This document shows positions 21,675 to 30,365 of a stretch of 64,000 nucleotides of DNA, piece by piece; within the stretch, counting starts at the first letter, position 1; the number at the start of each line of letters is the position of its first letter. Both the position numbers and the translations under genes were made by a program. The DNA comes from Deltaproteobacteria bacterium. Its GTDB lineage: Bacteria; Myxococcota; Myxococcia; Myxococcales; 40CM-4-68-19. A model generated the notes under the pieces. The model worked only from the letters and a program-made list of their open reading frames with translations, was not told the DNA's origin and made no database searches. The stretch covers positions 1,300 to 65,299 of the forward strand of contig VBLC01000037.1 in the NCBI GenBank assembly GCA_005879315.1. The letters run 5' to 3'.

Positions 21675-22657
21675 GCCGTCACCCGCGCCGGACCGCGCCG
21701 CGACATCCGCACCAGAAGCCGCGCGAGGATGTTGAGGAGCAGGGTGACGATGAAGAGGATGAGCCCGAGCGCGGCGAGCGCGCCGGTATGCAGGACGCCG
21801 CTCGCCTCGGCGAATTCGTTGGCGATGATGGCGGGCAAGGAATAGCCGGGAGCGAAGAGCGACAGCGAGATGTTGAGCGAGTTGCCGATCACCATGGTCA
21901 CCGCCATCGTCTCGCCCAGCGCGCGGCCCAGCCCGAGGATGGTGGCGCCGAGAATGCCGGCGCGCGCGTGGGGGAGGACCGCGATCCGGATGGCTTCCCA
22001 GCGCGTCGCGCCCAAGGCCAGCGCCGCCTCGCGCAGGGGGCCGGGCACCGTCATCAGCACCTCGATGGAGATACTGGTGATGGTGGGCAGGATCATGATG
22101 GCGAGGATGACGCCGGCGGCGAGGTAGCCGAGCCCGATCTCCGCCCCGCGGAAGAAGGGCAAGAAGCCCAGCGTCGCGGAGAGGAAGGGCTCGACCTTGT
22201 GGCGGAGGATCGGCACCAGCACGAAGAGGCCCCAGAGCCCGTAGACCACGCTGGGGATGCCGGCGAGCAGCGAGATGGGAAAGGAGATGGCCGTGCGGAA
22301 CCTGGGCGGTGACATCTCGGTGAGGAAGAGCGCGAGCCCGAGCGAGACGGGGAGCGCGATCAAGAGGCCGAGCACGCTGGTGACGACGGTGCCGTAGATG
22401 AAGGGCAGGGCGCCGTAGAGATCGCGGACCGGATCCCAGGTCGTGCCGGTGATGAAGTGCCAGAGCCCGACCTTCTGCAGCGCCGGCGCCGCCACCCGCC
22501 ACAGCTCGAGCAGGATGAGGGCGCCCACCACGAGCACGCCCCCGCCCAGCACGCCTTGGCCCAGGGCCCAGGCGCGATCCGGCAGGTTCACCCGGGCCCG
22601 CGGAGCCTCCTCGGGCACCGCCCGTCCCGCCGTCAGCAGCTCACTTGCTCGACGCAA
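21671..22657 (-). CDS. pstC: phosphate ABC transporter permease PstC
   Basis: 328-aa permease with [12 protein letters not shown] loop, in conserved pstSCAB order. Confidence 0.9.
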   Translation of the reverse strand: MRRASELLTAGRAVPEEAPRARVNLPDRAWALGQGVLGGGVLVVGALILLELWRVAAPALQKVGLWHFITGTTWDPVRDLYGALPFIYGTVVTSVLGLLIALPVSLGLALFLTEMSPPRFRTAISFPISLLAGIPSVVYGLWGLFVLVPILRHKVEPFLSATLGFLPFFRGAEIGLGYLAAGVILAIMILPTITSISIEVLMTVPGPLREAALALGATRWEAIRIAVLPHARAGILGATILGLGRALGETMAVTMVIGNSLNISLSLFAPGYSLPAIIANEFAEASGVLHTGALAALGLILFIVTLLLNILARLLVRMSRRGPARVTA

Positions 22658-23666
22658 GGACCGCCTTCCCCCGCACGGTCAATCCCTTCAACGTCTCCTC
22701 TACCTTCTGCACCACTGCCTTGGGCAAGGGAGCGTAGTCGAGGGGGGCGGCCGACTTCTGCCCGTCGTGCTCTGCCCACCAGAGGAACTTGAGCAGCTCC
22801 TTGCCCTTGGCCTCGTCCGACTGGTCCTTGTAGATGAGCAGGTAGGTGAACGTCGCGATCGGCCAGGCGGTCTTGCCGGGCATGTCGGTGATGGAGATGC
22901 GATAGTCGTCGGGCATCTGTGCCTGGCCTGCCGCCGCGCTCACCGTCTCCAGCGTCGGCTTGACCCAGGCGCCGTCGTGGTTCTTCATCTCCGCCGGCGG
23001 GAGCTTGTTCTGCGAGGCGTAGACCAGCTCGACGTAGCCGATGCCCCCTTCGCTCTGCTTGACCACGCCAGTGACGCCGTCGTTGCCCTTGCCTCCCAGG
23101 CCGGTGGGCCAGTTGACGCTCTTGCCGGTGCCCGGGCCGCTCTTCCACTCGGGAACTGCCTTGCTCAGATAGTCGGTGAAAGCATAGGTGGTCCCCGATC
23201 CGTCGGAGCGGTGGGCCACGGCGATGGCGAGATCGGGCAGCTTGGCGTTCGGGTTGTCCTTGGCGAGGGCGGGATCGCTCCACTTGGTGATCTTGCCCAG
23301 ATAGATGCCCGCCAGCGTTTCCGGCGTGAGTCGCAGCGAGGTGACGCCCGGCAGGTTGTAGACGATGACCACCGCGCCCATCACGGTGGGGATGTGCTGG
23401 ATGCCGGGGGCCTTGGCCATCTCGTCGTCGCTCATGGGAGCGTCGCTGGCGCCGAAGTCGACGGTCTTTTCAGTAATCTGTTTGATGCCGCCGCCGGAGC
23501 CGATCGCCTGGTAATTGATCTGCACGTGGCGGAGCTTGTTGTAGTCGCTGAACCACTTCGTATAGAGGAGCGCGGGGAACGTCGCCCCGGCGCCGGTGAG
23601 CTGGACGGTGTCGGCTCGCAGGGCGAAAGAGGCGAGCGCGCAAAGCGCGAAGAAGGGTTTCGTCAT
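22641..23666 (-). CDS. pstS: phosphate ABC transporter substrate-binding protein PstS
   Basis: ATG 23666 follows AAAGGA. Signal peptide MTKPFFALCALASFALRA, then TGAGATFP and GSGGG phosphate-binding blocks. Confidence 0.9.
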   Translation of the reverse strand: MTKPFFALCALASFALRADTVQLTGAGATFPALLYTKWFSDYNKLRHVQINYQAIGSGGGIKQITEKTVDFGASDAPMSDDEMAKAPGIQHIPTVMGAVVIVYNLPGVTSLRLTPETLAGIYLGKITKWSDPALAKDNPNAKLPDLAIAVAHRSDGSGTTYAFTDYLSKAVPEWKSGPGTGKSVNWPTGLGGKGNDGVTGVVKQSEGGIGYVELVYASQNKLPPAEMKNHDGAWVKPTLETVSAAAGQAQMPDDYRISITDMPGKTAWPIATFTYLLIYKDQSDEAKGKELLKFLWWAEHDGQKSAAPLDYAPLPKAVVQKVEETLKGLTVRGKAVLASSK

Positions 23667-23694
23667 GATGGAATCCTTTCTGGGACGCAGCCTT

Positions 23695-24771
23695 TTAGGC
23701 CGGCCCGCGTGACGTTTCTGTGACAACCGCGTTAGAACTGGGCGACGGCAGACGGATCCAGAAACGGCTTCCGCCGCGCCCGCTCTGGACGCCGACGGTG
23801 CCGCCCTGGGCCTGGGTCAAGTGCTTGACGATGGCGAGGCCGAGCCCCGTTCCGCCGGACTCTCGAGCGCGCCCGCTGTCGGCGCGGTAGAAGCGCTCGA
23901 AAATCCGCTCGCGGTGGCGGTCTTCGATGCCCGGCCCGGTATCGAGCACGGAGATCTCCACCGCCCCGCCGACGTCGTCGGCGAGCACGGTGACCCGGCC
24001 GCCTTGCGGCGTGTACTTGACGGCGTTGTCGAGCAGGTTGACGAGCATCTGCTCGAGGGCGCGCCGGTCGGCCCGGCAGCGCAGGCCGGGAGGAATGTCC
24101 GCCCCGACGGAGATCTGCTTCTTGCTGGCCACCTCGACGAACAGCTCGATCAGGCCTTCGACGAAGGGAGCGAGCTCCAGCGTCTCCGCCGAGGGCCGGA
24201 ACAGCCCCGTCTCGAGGCGCGAGAGATCGAGCAGGTCCTGCGTCAGCCGGGCCAGCCGTTCGGCGTGCCGCGAGACGATGTGGACGAAGCTCTTCGCGTC
24301 GGCATCGAGCGGCATCGAGAGCAGCGTCTCGGCAGCGCCCTTGAGCGCCGAGACCGGCGTGCGCAGCTCGTGGCTGGCATTGGCGATGAAGTCGCGCCGC
24401 ACCGCTTCGAGTCGCTTTGCCTCGGTCAGGTCGCGAAGGAGCAGCAGCGCGCGTCCGTGAGAGAGCGGCCGGGCGCGCGCCAGCACCTGCTTCTGCAGCG
24501 CTGGGAGATGCACCTCGGCCTCGAAGGGCCCCTGCTCGAGCGCGTCGGCGAGCTCCTTGCTGCGGGTCGTCTCGAGCAAAGACCTCCCCAGCACACGGCC
24601 GGCGCCGAAGAGCGACTCCATCGCTGCATTGGCGGCGGCGAAGCGGCCATCGGGGCCCAGCACGCCGGCGGCGTCCGGCAGCGCATCGAGCACCGCCTGC
24701 TGCGGCACCTCCGGCTCCGGCGCGCGGGCAGCGAGCGGCTCCGGGGCGCTCTTGCGCCGGAAGAGCGCCAT
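23695..24771 (-). CDS. phoR: phosphate regulon sensor histidine kinase PhoR-like (no TM segments)
   Basis: PAS-like N-terminus, H-box ASHELRTPVSAL and HATPase N/G boxes (NLLDNAVKYTP, DTGPGI, GGTGLGLAIV). Start overlaps the phoB stop. Confidence 0.85.
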   Translation of the reverse strand: MALFRRKSAPEPLAARAPEPEVPQQAVLDALPDAAGVLGPDGRFAAANAAMESLFGAGRVLGRSLLETTRSKELADALEQGPFEAEVHLPALQKQVLARARPLSHGRALLLLRDLTEAKRLEAVRRDFIANASHELRTPVSALKGAAETLLSMPLDADAKSFVHIVSRHAERLARLTQDLLDLSRLETGLFRPSAETLELAPFVEGLIELFVEVASKKQISVGADIPPGLRCRADRRALEQMLVNLLDNAVKYTPQGGRVTVLADDVGGAVEISVLDTGPGIEDRHRERIFERFYRADSGRARESGGTGLGLAIVKHLTQAQGGTVGVQSGRGGSRFWIRLPSPSSNAVVTETSRGPA

Positions 24772-25463
24772 CAGCTCTCCTCGGGATCGACCATGCGATA
24801 ACCGGCTCCGCGGACGGTCTCGATCAGCTCGCGCGCCTTGCCCAGCTTCTCGCGAAGCCGCTTGACGTGGGTGTCGACCGTGCGGGTCTGCATCTCGCTC
24901 GACATCCCCCAGACGTCGCGCAACAGCGCGGCCCGTGTCTGCAGGCGGCCGATGCGCGAGAGAAAGGTGGTGAGGAGCCGGAACTCCAGCGCGGTCAGCT
25001 GCACCTCCTCGCCGTCGACGTAGGCGCGGTGCGCGCTGAGGTCGACGCGGATGGGCCCCACCTTCTCGCGGATGACCTCCTGCTCGCCGGGCGGCCCTCG
25101 CCGGAGCACGGCCCGAACGCGCAGGATCAGCTCGCGCATGCTGAAGGGCTTGGTGACGAAGTCGTCGGCGCCCAGCTCGAAACCGACCACGCGGTCGAGC
25201 TCCTCGCCGCGCGCGGTGACCATGATGACCGGGATGTGCCTCGTCTCCGTCGCCGATTTGACGGCGCGGCAGATCTCCGTCCCTTGCACGTCAGGGAGCA
25301 TCAGATCGAGAAGGATCAGGTCGGGTCGATCGCGCAGCTTCTGCAGCGCCTCCTCGCCGGTCATGGCCGAGGCGGTCTGGTAGCCGGCCTGGCGGAGGTT
25401 GAAGGAGAGGAGGTCGACCAGATCCTGCTCGTCCTCGACGATGAGGATGGACTTGCCCGCCAT
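24771..25463 (-). CDS. phoB: phosphate regulon response regulator PhoB
   Basis: MAGKSILIVEDEQDLVDLL receiver domain (DLMLPD) plus an OmpR-type winged helix (TVDTHVKRLREKL, VRGAGYR). Confidence 0.92.
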   Translation of the reverse strand: MAGKSILIVEDEQDLVDLLSFNLRQAGYQTASAMTGEEALQKLRDRPDLILLDLMLPDVQGTEICRAVKSATETRHIPVIMVTARGEELDRVVGFELGADDFVTKPFSMRELILRVRAVLRRGPPGEQEVIREKVGPIRVDLSAHRAYVDGEEVQLTALEFRLLTTFLSRIGRLQTRAALLRDVWGMSSEMQTRTVDTHVKRLREKLGKARELIETVRGAGYRMVDPEES

Positions 25464-25516
25464 TGCCGGGGTTTCTACCCCAGTCGTGTGACGAATCCGT
25501 GGCGTATGGGAAACTT

Positions 25517-25868
25517 TCAGGGGGCGATCAGGCGGGCGAGCGCGCCGCAGCCGCAGCCGAGGACGGCGCCGACCGCCACATCGAGCGGATAGTGCGCGCC
25601 CAGGTAGATCCGCGAGACGCCGATGGCCGACGCCAGAAGCAGCGCGAGCGGACCCAGTCCTGCTCCCTGTCCGGCCAGGGCCACCGCCACCGCGAAAGCA
25701 GAGGCGGAGTGCCCGCCGCAGGCGAGGAGGAAGAGGCCCCACCAACATCCAGCTCTGCGCATCGCCGAAATGGGTGAGTGCGCGCATCGAGCCGAGCAGG
25801 GCGCGGTGCCGCAGGGCCCCGATGCGCCGGAAGAGCTGCTCGTCCGCTCGCAGGAGCCAGGAGATCAT
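25517..25868 (-). pseudogene. PAP2 family phosphatase remnant (frameshift, probably internally deleted)
   Basis: Frame A gives MISWLLRADEQLFRRIGALRHRALLGSMRALTHFGDAQSWMLVG. After the G4 run (plus-strand C run 25737-25740), frame B gives LFLLACGGHSASAF...SRIYLGAHYPLDV, which are PAP2 motifs 2 and 3. Motif 1 (KxxxxxxRP) is absent. An 81-aa ATG-initiated fragment (25517..25762) is the alternative reading. Confidence 0.5.
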
Positions 25869-26443
25869 GCGAGGACGCTCCCCGCTCCGATGCGCATGCG
25901 GTTGCCCCGCCAGTTCACCTCGCGGCGGAAGAAGGCGACGGCCCAGATGCCGGCGATGAGCAGATCCTTGAAGGGGATGAGCAAGAGCTGCAACGGACGC
26001 GGCGCGCGGCCCGAGAGCCGCTTGATCAGTGCGGCATCGGCCGCGCACTTGACCGCCGCGCCGCAGGCCGCGAGCGCGATGAACCGGAGGTCGAGGCCGA
26101 GCGCGGCCACCGCCAGGGAGAGCCAGAGAACAGGATTGAGCAGGAGCTCGCCGACGAAGGCGCCCGGCGCGATGCACCGCCGCATCTGCGCCCAGCGCAG
26201 GTGTCGGCTGACGAAGCGCTCGAGGGTCCAGCCGTCGTACTCGGGATAGTCCTGGCGGGCGAGGGAGGCGAGGTTGTCGTACAGTCCCGGCTCGTCGCCC
26301 TTGAGCGGCTTGAGGATGCTGATGGGCGGTGTCGGCGCGTCTTTCCGCCGCGGGCGCAGGACGAAGAATGCCGCGGCGTGCGCCAGCAGGGTCAGCGAGA
26401 GCGAGAAGAGCGCGAGCAGGACGAGCCAGTAGCCGGCGTGCAT
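25865..26443 (-). CDS. glycosyltransferase family 21 (ceramide glucosyltransferase/HpnI-like) with internal deletion of the catalytic core
   Basis: ATG 26443 follows AAGGAGG. The N-terminus PPISILKPLKGDEPGLYDNLASLARQDYPEYD joins directly to the C-terminal RHLRW...LLLIPFKDLL...VNWRG block. At about 192 aa it is roughly half the length I expect for this family. ATGA overlap with the PAP2 remnant. Confidence 0.6.
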   Translation of the reverse strand: MHAGYWLVLLALFSLSLTLLAHAAAFFVLRPRRKDAPTPPISILKPLKGDEPGLYDNLASLARQDYPEYDGWTLERFVSRHLRWAQMRRCIAPGAFVGELLLNPVLWLSLAVAALGLDLRFIALAACGAAVKCAADAALIKRLSGRAPRPLQLLLIPFKDLLIAGIWAVAFFRREVNWRGNRMRIGAGSVLA

Positions 26444-26582
26444 CGTACCCTCCTTTCTCTGCGCTCCCCAGACCTCCTTCTTGCGCGTCGAGAGTGTCAT
26501 GCAGGTCGCGCAGCCCTCGTGGAACTTGTTTGCGAATTCCCTGTGTCAGCACGGAAAAGGCGATCGGGCGTAAGCTATCGCG

Positions 26583-26879
26583 GTGTACGCCGCCACCTGC
26601 CAGGTCTGCCAGGACAAGGCCCGCTGGTCGGAGGAAGTGATCGTGGTGCTCGTCTTCGCGCCGGGGCTGACGAAGCCGTATCCGCTGATTGCGGCCGAGG
26701 GCTATCGCTACTGCATCGGGGGGTCCTGCGATGCGCTACTCACCCTGGTGCGCCGGGCGGTCGCGTCCCATCCGGTCACGCGATCGGCGGGGCAGTGGAC
26801 CAGGGCCATCGTCCTGCACGCTGACGGGAGCGGCACGAACGTGCTCTGGAAAGGCAGCGGCACCGTCGCGATGGCGTAG
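26583..26879 (+). CDS. hypothetical small Cys-containing protein
   Basis: High third-position GC in this frame. Contains CQVC and CIGGSC. No family recognised. Start uncertain: GTG 26583, or GTG 26643 after GGAGGAA. Confidence 0.5.
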   Translation: MYAATCQVCQDKARWSEEVIVVLVFAPGLTKPYPLIAAEGYRYCIGGSCDALLTLVRRAVASHPVTRSAGQWTRAIVLHADGSGTNVLWKGSGTVAMA

Positions 26880-27003
26880 TCCTTCAGCGCGTTGGTCAGT
26901 TTACAGAACGAAGGCTGATCCGTCGGGCCGTCAACAGCGAAAGCGATCGGTTTCACTCGCAGTCCGTGGCTGAAGTGGCGACGGTAGGCACTTTTACGCA
27001 GCC

Positions 27004-27279
27004 ATGTCCCGCATCGAGGTCAGCTCTCGCGCCGAGGGGATCCTCCAGGATGTTCCCGGGCTGTACCAACGCGCCCGAGAGATGCTCCTTGGCATCCTCG
27101 AGACCGCCGAGCAGATCCGGTTCTTTGGAGACAGCTACTTCTTGCCGGACAGCGTGATGCGCTTGCGGGTCGGCAAGTTCGAGCTCTCGTACACACTCGA
27201 TCTCAACCGGGGGATGGCGAGCGTTCTCTCCGCCGAACGGATCAGTGAGGACGTCGGGTCGCAGTCGACCGAATCCTGA
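27004..27279 (+). CDS. RelE/ParE-superfamily-like small protein
   Basis: 91 aa starting at an ATG. MSRIEVSSRAEGIL...RLRVGKFELSYTLDLNRGMASVLSAER follows the RelE/ParE layout (RxRVGxYRxxY then a final strand). A strong hairpin follows the stop. Confidence 0.55.
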   Translation: MSRIEVSSRAEGILQDVPGLYQRAREMLLGILETAEQIRFFGDSYFLPDSVMRLRVGKFELSYTLDLNRGMASVLSAERISEDVGSQSTES

Positions 27280-27290
27280 ACGGGCAAACG

Positions 27291-27320
27291 AAAGCCCCGC
27301 GACTGATCAGCGGGGCCTTT
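27291..27320. terminator. bidirectional rho-independent terminator-like hairpin
   Basis: AAAGCCCCGC-GACTGATCA-GCGGGGCCTTT: a 7-bp GC stem flanked by an A-run and a T-run. It lies between the RelE-like gene and the 3-prime end of tRNA-Lys. Confidence 0.6.
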
Positions 27321-27326
27321 CGAAAG

Positions 27327-27399
27327 TGAGAGCGGAAGGAATCGAACCTTCAACCTATGGATTAAGAGTCCATTGCTCTGCCAATTGAGCTACGCTCCC
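27327..27399 (-). tRNA. tRNA-Lys (anticodon CTT)
   Basis: Manual fold. Acceptor GGGAGCG/CGCTCTC, anticodon arm ATGGA-CTCTTAA-TCCAT, T arm GAAGG-TTCGATT-CCTTC. Confidence 0.9.
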
Positions 27400-27494
27400 G
27401 AATGCTACGTACTTCGGCCTCCCTGCGGCGGGCCGCGCTGTGTATCTCCCAGCCGGTGCAGCCGTCAAGTGAGACGGAGGCACTGCGATGCAGT

Positions 27495-27570
27495 TGGGGT
27501 GGCTGACCGGGCTTGAACCGGCAACACCTGGAGTCACAGTCCAGTGCTCTACCATTGAGCTACAGCCACC
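27495..27570 (-). tRNA. tRNA-His (anticodon GTG)
   Basis: Manual fold. An extra G-1 gives an 8-bp acceptor GGTGGCTG/CAGCCACC, anticodon arm CTGGA-CTGTGAC-TCCAG, CCA encoded (27495-27497). Confidence 0.9.
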
Positions 27571-27708
27571 GAAGCGCGGCGAACCTTACAAGACGCTCCC
27601 TCGTCGCGCCACTGTCGTCCGATCGGACGCTGACCGACCGGACCCGCGGTTGACCCATCCGCCTGTAGCTGCTCAGATGCCGCAGATGCGACGTCTGAAC
27701 GAGACATC

Positions 27709-27785
27709 GCGCCCATAGCTCAGTTGGATAGAGCGCCAGCCTTCTAAGCTGGATGCCGCAGGTTCGAATCCTGCTGGGCGCGCCA
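27709..27785 (+). tRNA. tRNA-Arg (anticodon TCT)
   Basis: Manual fold. Acceptor GCGCCCA/TGGGCGC, anticodon arm CCAGC-CTTCTAA-GCTGG, T arm GCAGG-TTCGAAT-CCTGC, CCA encoded. Confidence 0.9.
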
Positions 27786-27795
27786 TTCGAAGAAG

Positions 27796-27869
<74 letters not shown>

Positions 27870-27897
27870 CCTGAAAAGTACTCGGGAAATACACCGA

Positions 27898-28503
27898 TCA
27901 GCACTCCTCCGCAAGATTGCCTTCCTTCGCCAACTTCAGGATCAAAGGGCGCAGCCGCTCGAGCGCACGCCCGCGATGGCTGAGGCGGTTCTTTTCGGTG
28001 GACTCGAGCTCGGCCAGCGTCCGCCCCGGCGCCTCGCGCGGCAGGAAGAGCGGGTCGTAACCAAAACCATTCTTGCCGCGCGCGGCCAGGGCGATGGCGC
28101 CATCGACCCGGCCCTCGGCGCGAAAGATGCGCTTGCCGTCAGGCGAGCTGAGGGCCAGGGCGCAGATGAAGTGAGCGCCGCGGTCGCGGACCTCGGCGAG
28201 ATTGGCGAGGAGCTTGGCGCGCCGCCCCTCTTCGGTCGGCGCGTAGCGAGCGCTGAAGACACCAGGCGCGCCGCCGAGAGCATCGACGCAGAGCCCGCTG
28301 TCGTCGCCCAGCGCCCAAAGGCCCGACTGGACTGCGCAGGCAGTGGCTTTGGCGGCCGCGTTCTCCGCAAAGGTCGAGAAGGGCTCGTCAGGCGAGGGCA
28401 GATGCAAGTCCGCGAGCGAGACGAGCTCGAGACCTGCGCCGCCGAGGATCTCGCGCACCTCGACCAGCTTGCCAGGATTGCCGGTCGCCAGCAGCAGCTT
28501 CAC
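27898..28503 (-). CDS. rdgB: dITP/XTP pyrophosphatase RdgB (Ham1 family)
   Basis: [20 protein letters not shown]..., FGYDPLF, SHRGRAL motifs. GTG 28503 overlaps the rph stop (GTGA). Confidence 0.9.
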   Translation of the reverse strand: MKLLLATGNPGKLVEVREILGGAGLELVSLADLHLPSPDEPFSTFAENAAAKATACAVQSGLWALGDDSGLCVDALGGAPGVFSARYAPTEEGRRAKLLANLAEVRDRGAHFICALALSSPDGKRIFRAEGRVDGAIALAARGKNGFGYDPLFLPREAPGRTLAELESTEKNRLSHRGRALERLRPLILKLAKEGNLAEEC

Positions 28504-29213
28504 TTTGCAAACGCTCGCTCGATGGCCGTGACCTGCCTCTGGTGCAGCTCGCGCAACCCTTTCTGCGCCAGCGCGACCATGGCGCCGAGCTGCGCGGGGG
28601 TGAAGGGTCGCTTTTCCGCCGTCCCCTGCACCTCGAGCAGCTCGCCTGCGGCATTGCCCACCACGTTCATGTCGACCTCGGCGGCGAAGTCTTCCTGGTA
28701 GTCGAGATCGAGGAGCAGCTCTCCCGAGACGATCCCCAGGCTGACCGCGGCCACCGGCGCGCGCAGCGCCTTCTCGCGCTGCATGCGCCGCAGGCAGATC
28801 CCCAGCGCAACATAGGCGCCGGTGATCGCCGCGGTGCGGGTGCCGCCATCGGCCTGCAGCACGTCGCAGTCGATGAGCACCTGCCGCTCGCCCAGCGCCG
28901 CAAGATCGGTGGCGGCGCGCAGCGCGCGGCCGATGAGGCGCTGGATCTCCTGGGTGCGGCCGCTCTGCTTGCCTTTGGCCGCCTCGCGGTCGCTGCGGGT
29001 GTGCGTCGCGCGCGGAAGCATGCCGTACTCGGCGGTGACCCATCCGCGGCCCGAACCCTTCACGTGGCTGGGCACCTTCTCCTCGGCGGTCGCCGTGCAG
29101 AGCACCCGGGTGCGGCCGAAGCTGCACAGCACGCTGCCCTCGGCGTGCTCGGTGAAGTTCGGGACCACCTCGACGGGTCGAAGCTGGTCGGCTCCGCGGT
29201 CTTTCCGTGGCAT
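28500..29213 (-). CDS. rph: ribonuclease PH
   Basis: [29 protein letters not shown]..., [29 protein letters not shown]. Confidence 0.93.
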   Translation of the reverse strand: MPRKDRGADQLRPVEVVPNFTEHAEGSVLCSFGRTRVLCTATAEEKVPSHVKGSGRGWVTAEYGMLPRATHTRSDREAAKGKQSGRTQEIQRLIGRALRAATDLAALGERQVLIDCDVLQADGGTRTAAITGAYVALGICLRRMQREKALRAPVAAVSLGIVSGELLLDLDYQEDFAAEVDMNVVGNAAGELLEVQGTAEKRPFTPAQLGAMVALAQKGLRELHQRQVTAIERAFAK

Positions 29214-29259
29214 GGGACAGCGAGGAGTAGCCCTTTGCGGCAGTCGCGGCAATACAGCT

Positions 29260-30093
29260 TCAGGGCGCCGGGGCCGGAGAGGCGACCTTCACGGCGGGGG
29301 CCGCCGCCTGCTCCTTCACCTGGGCGAAGAGCCGCCGCGCCAGCACCTTGTCGGCGAAGTCGCGGACGCCGTTGGCCAGCGCCCGGGCGATGCGCGCCTG
29401 GTACTTCGCCCGCGCCAGCTTGCGGGCCTCCTGGGGGTGGGAGATGAAGCCGATCTCCACCAGCGCGGAAGGCATCTTGGTGCCCCAGAGCACCAGGAGC
29501 GGCGCCTGCCGCACGCCGCGCGAGGGAGCGCGCGTGCCGCGGATCATCTGGCGCTGAACGATGTAGGCGAGGGCCGCGCTGTCGTTGCGAGCCTGACCGA
29601 GCGAGAGGTCGGCGAGGATGCCGCTCACGGTATCGGCGTCCTTGGCGGCGGGCACCGCGTCCGGACCGCCGTTCTCCAGCTGCGCCAGCATCCTCGCCTC
29701 GGCGTCGGTGGGGTCGGGCGAGAGGAAATACGTCTCGATGCCGCGGGTGATCTTGCGGTCGTCGCTCTTCTCCATCGAGTTGCAGTGGATGGAGAGGAAG
29801 AGGTCGGCGCCGGCCTCGTTGGCGATGCGCACCCGGTCGGCGAGCGAGACGTCCTCGTCGGTCTCGCGGGTGAGGACCACGGTGGCGCCCTGGGCCTCGA
29901 GGACCTGCTTGGTCTTGAGCGCGACCGCCAGCGCGATGTTCTTCTCGCGCAATCCGCGCGGCCCGCGTGCGCCGTCGTGCGGGAAATGCCCGCCGTGGCC
30001 GGCGTCGAGGACGACGACGAGCGGTCCCGGCTCTGCGCCCGCCAGGGCGGGGACGGTTGCGAGCATCGCCGCGGCAAGAATGAGGGAGCGCAC
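29260..30093 (-). CDS. N-acetylmuramoyl-L-alanine amidase (Amidase_3)
   Basis: Signal peptide followed by [19 protein letters not shown] and [11 protein letters not shown] blocks. Confidence 0.85.
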   Translation of the reverse strand: MRSLILAAAMLATVPALAGAEPGPLVVVLDAGHGGHFPHDGARGPRGLREKNIALAVALKTKQVLEAQGATVVLTRETDEDVSLADRVRIANEAGADLFLSIHCNSMEKSDDRKITRGIETYFLSPDPTDAEARMLAQLENGGPDAVPAAKDADTVSGILADLSLGQARNDSAALAYIVQRQMIRGTRAPSRGVRQAPLLVLWGTKMPSALVEIGFISHPQEARKLARAKYQARIARALANGVRDFADKVLARRLFAQVKEQAAAPAVKVASPAPAP

Positions 30094-30128
30094 GCTCCAG
30101 CAATCCTACCAGAGGGGCGCTACCTCGC

Positions 30129-30344
30129 CTAAAGCTTTACTGAATTGCGGATCTTGGCGGCGGTCTCGGGCGCGAACACCGAGAGCAGCCAGTAGACGAG
30201 CCCCACCACCAGCGCGACCTTGAGCAGAAGCCAGGCGAGCGAGAGAAGAAGGCCGAGCAGCCCGCCGGCGAAGCCCAGGACCAGCTTGAGCACGATGTAG
30301 ACGGCGGCTCCCGCCAGTGCCAGCACTGCTACTGTACGAAACAT
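30129..30344 (-). CDS. small two-TM membrane protein
   Basis: 71 aa. ATG 30344 lies 7 nt after GGAGG. Two hydrophobic helices. No family recognised. Confidence 0.55.
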   Translation of the reverse strand: MFRTVAVLALAGAAVYIVLKLVLGFAGGLLGLLLSLAWLLLKVALVVGLVYWLLSVFAPETAAKIRNSVKL

Positions 30345-30365
30345 CTTTCCGCCTCCTTGCCCGGA

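Noticed and set aside
25464-25516. Pho box upstream of phoB
   Set aside because: Only a weak GTCACA-like half site is present, with no convincing tandem CTGTCAT-type repeats.
24771-26552. 593-aa ORF that appears to fuse the GT21/PAP2 region to phoB
   Set aside because: This is read-through of a stop-free frame. phoB has its own ATG (25463) and a normal 230-aa length. The upstream part mixes out-of-frame sequence with the PAP2 N-terminal fragment.
26708-26956. 82-aa minus-strand ORF (MKPIAFAVDGPTDQPSFCKL...) in the tRNA islet
   Set aside because: About 170 nt of it overlaps, antisense, the plus-strand ORF 26583..26879, which has the stronger codon bias. No family was recognised. I keep it only as a possible gene relic, mentioned in the islet finding.
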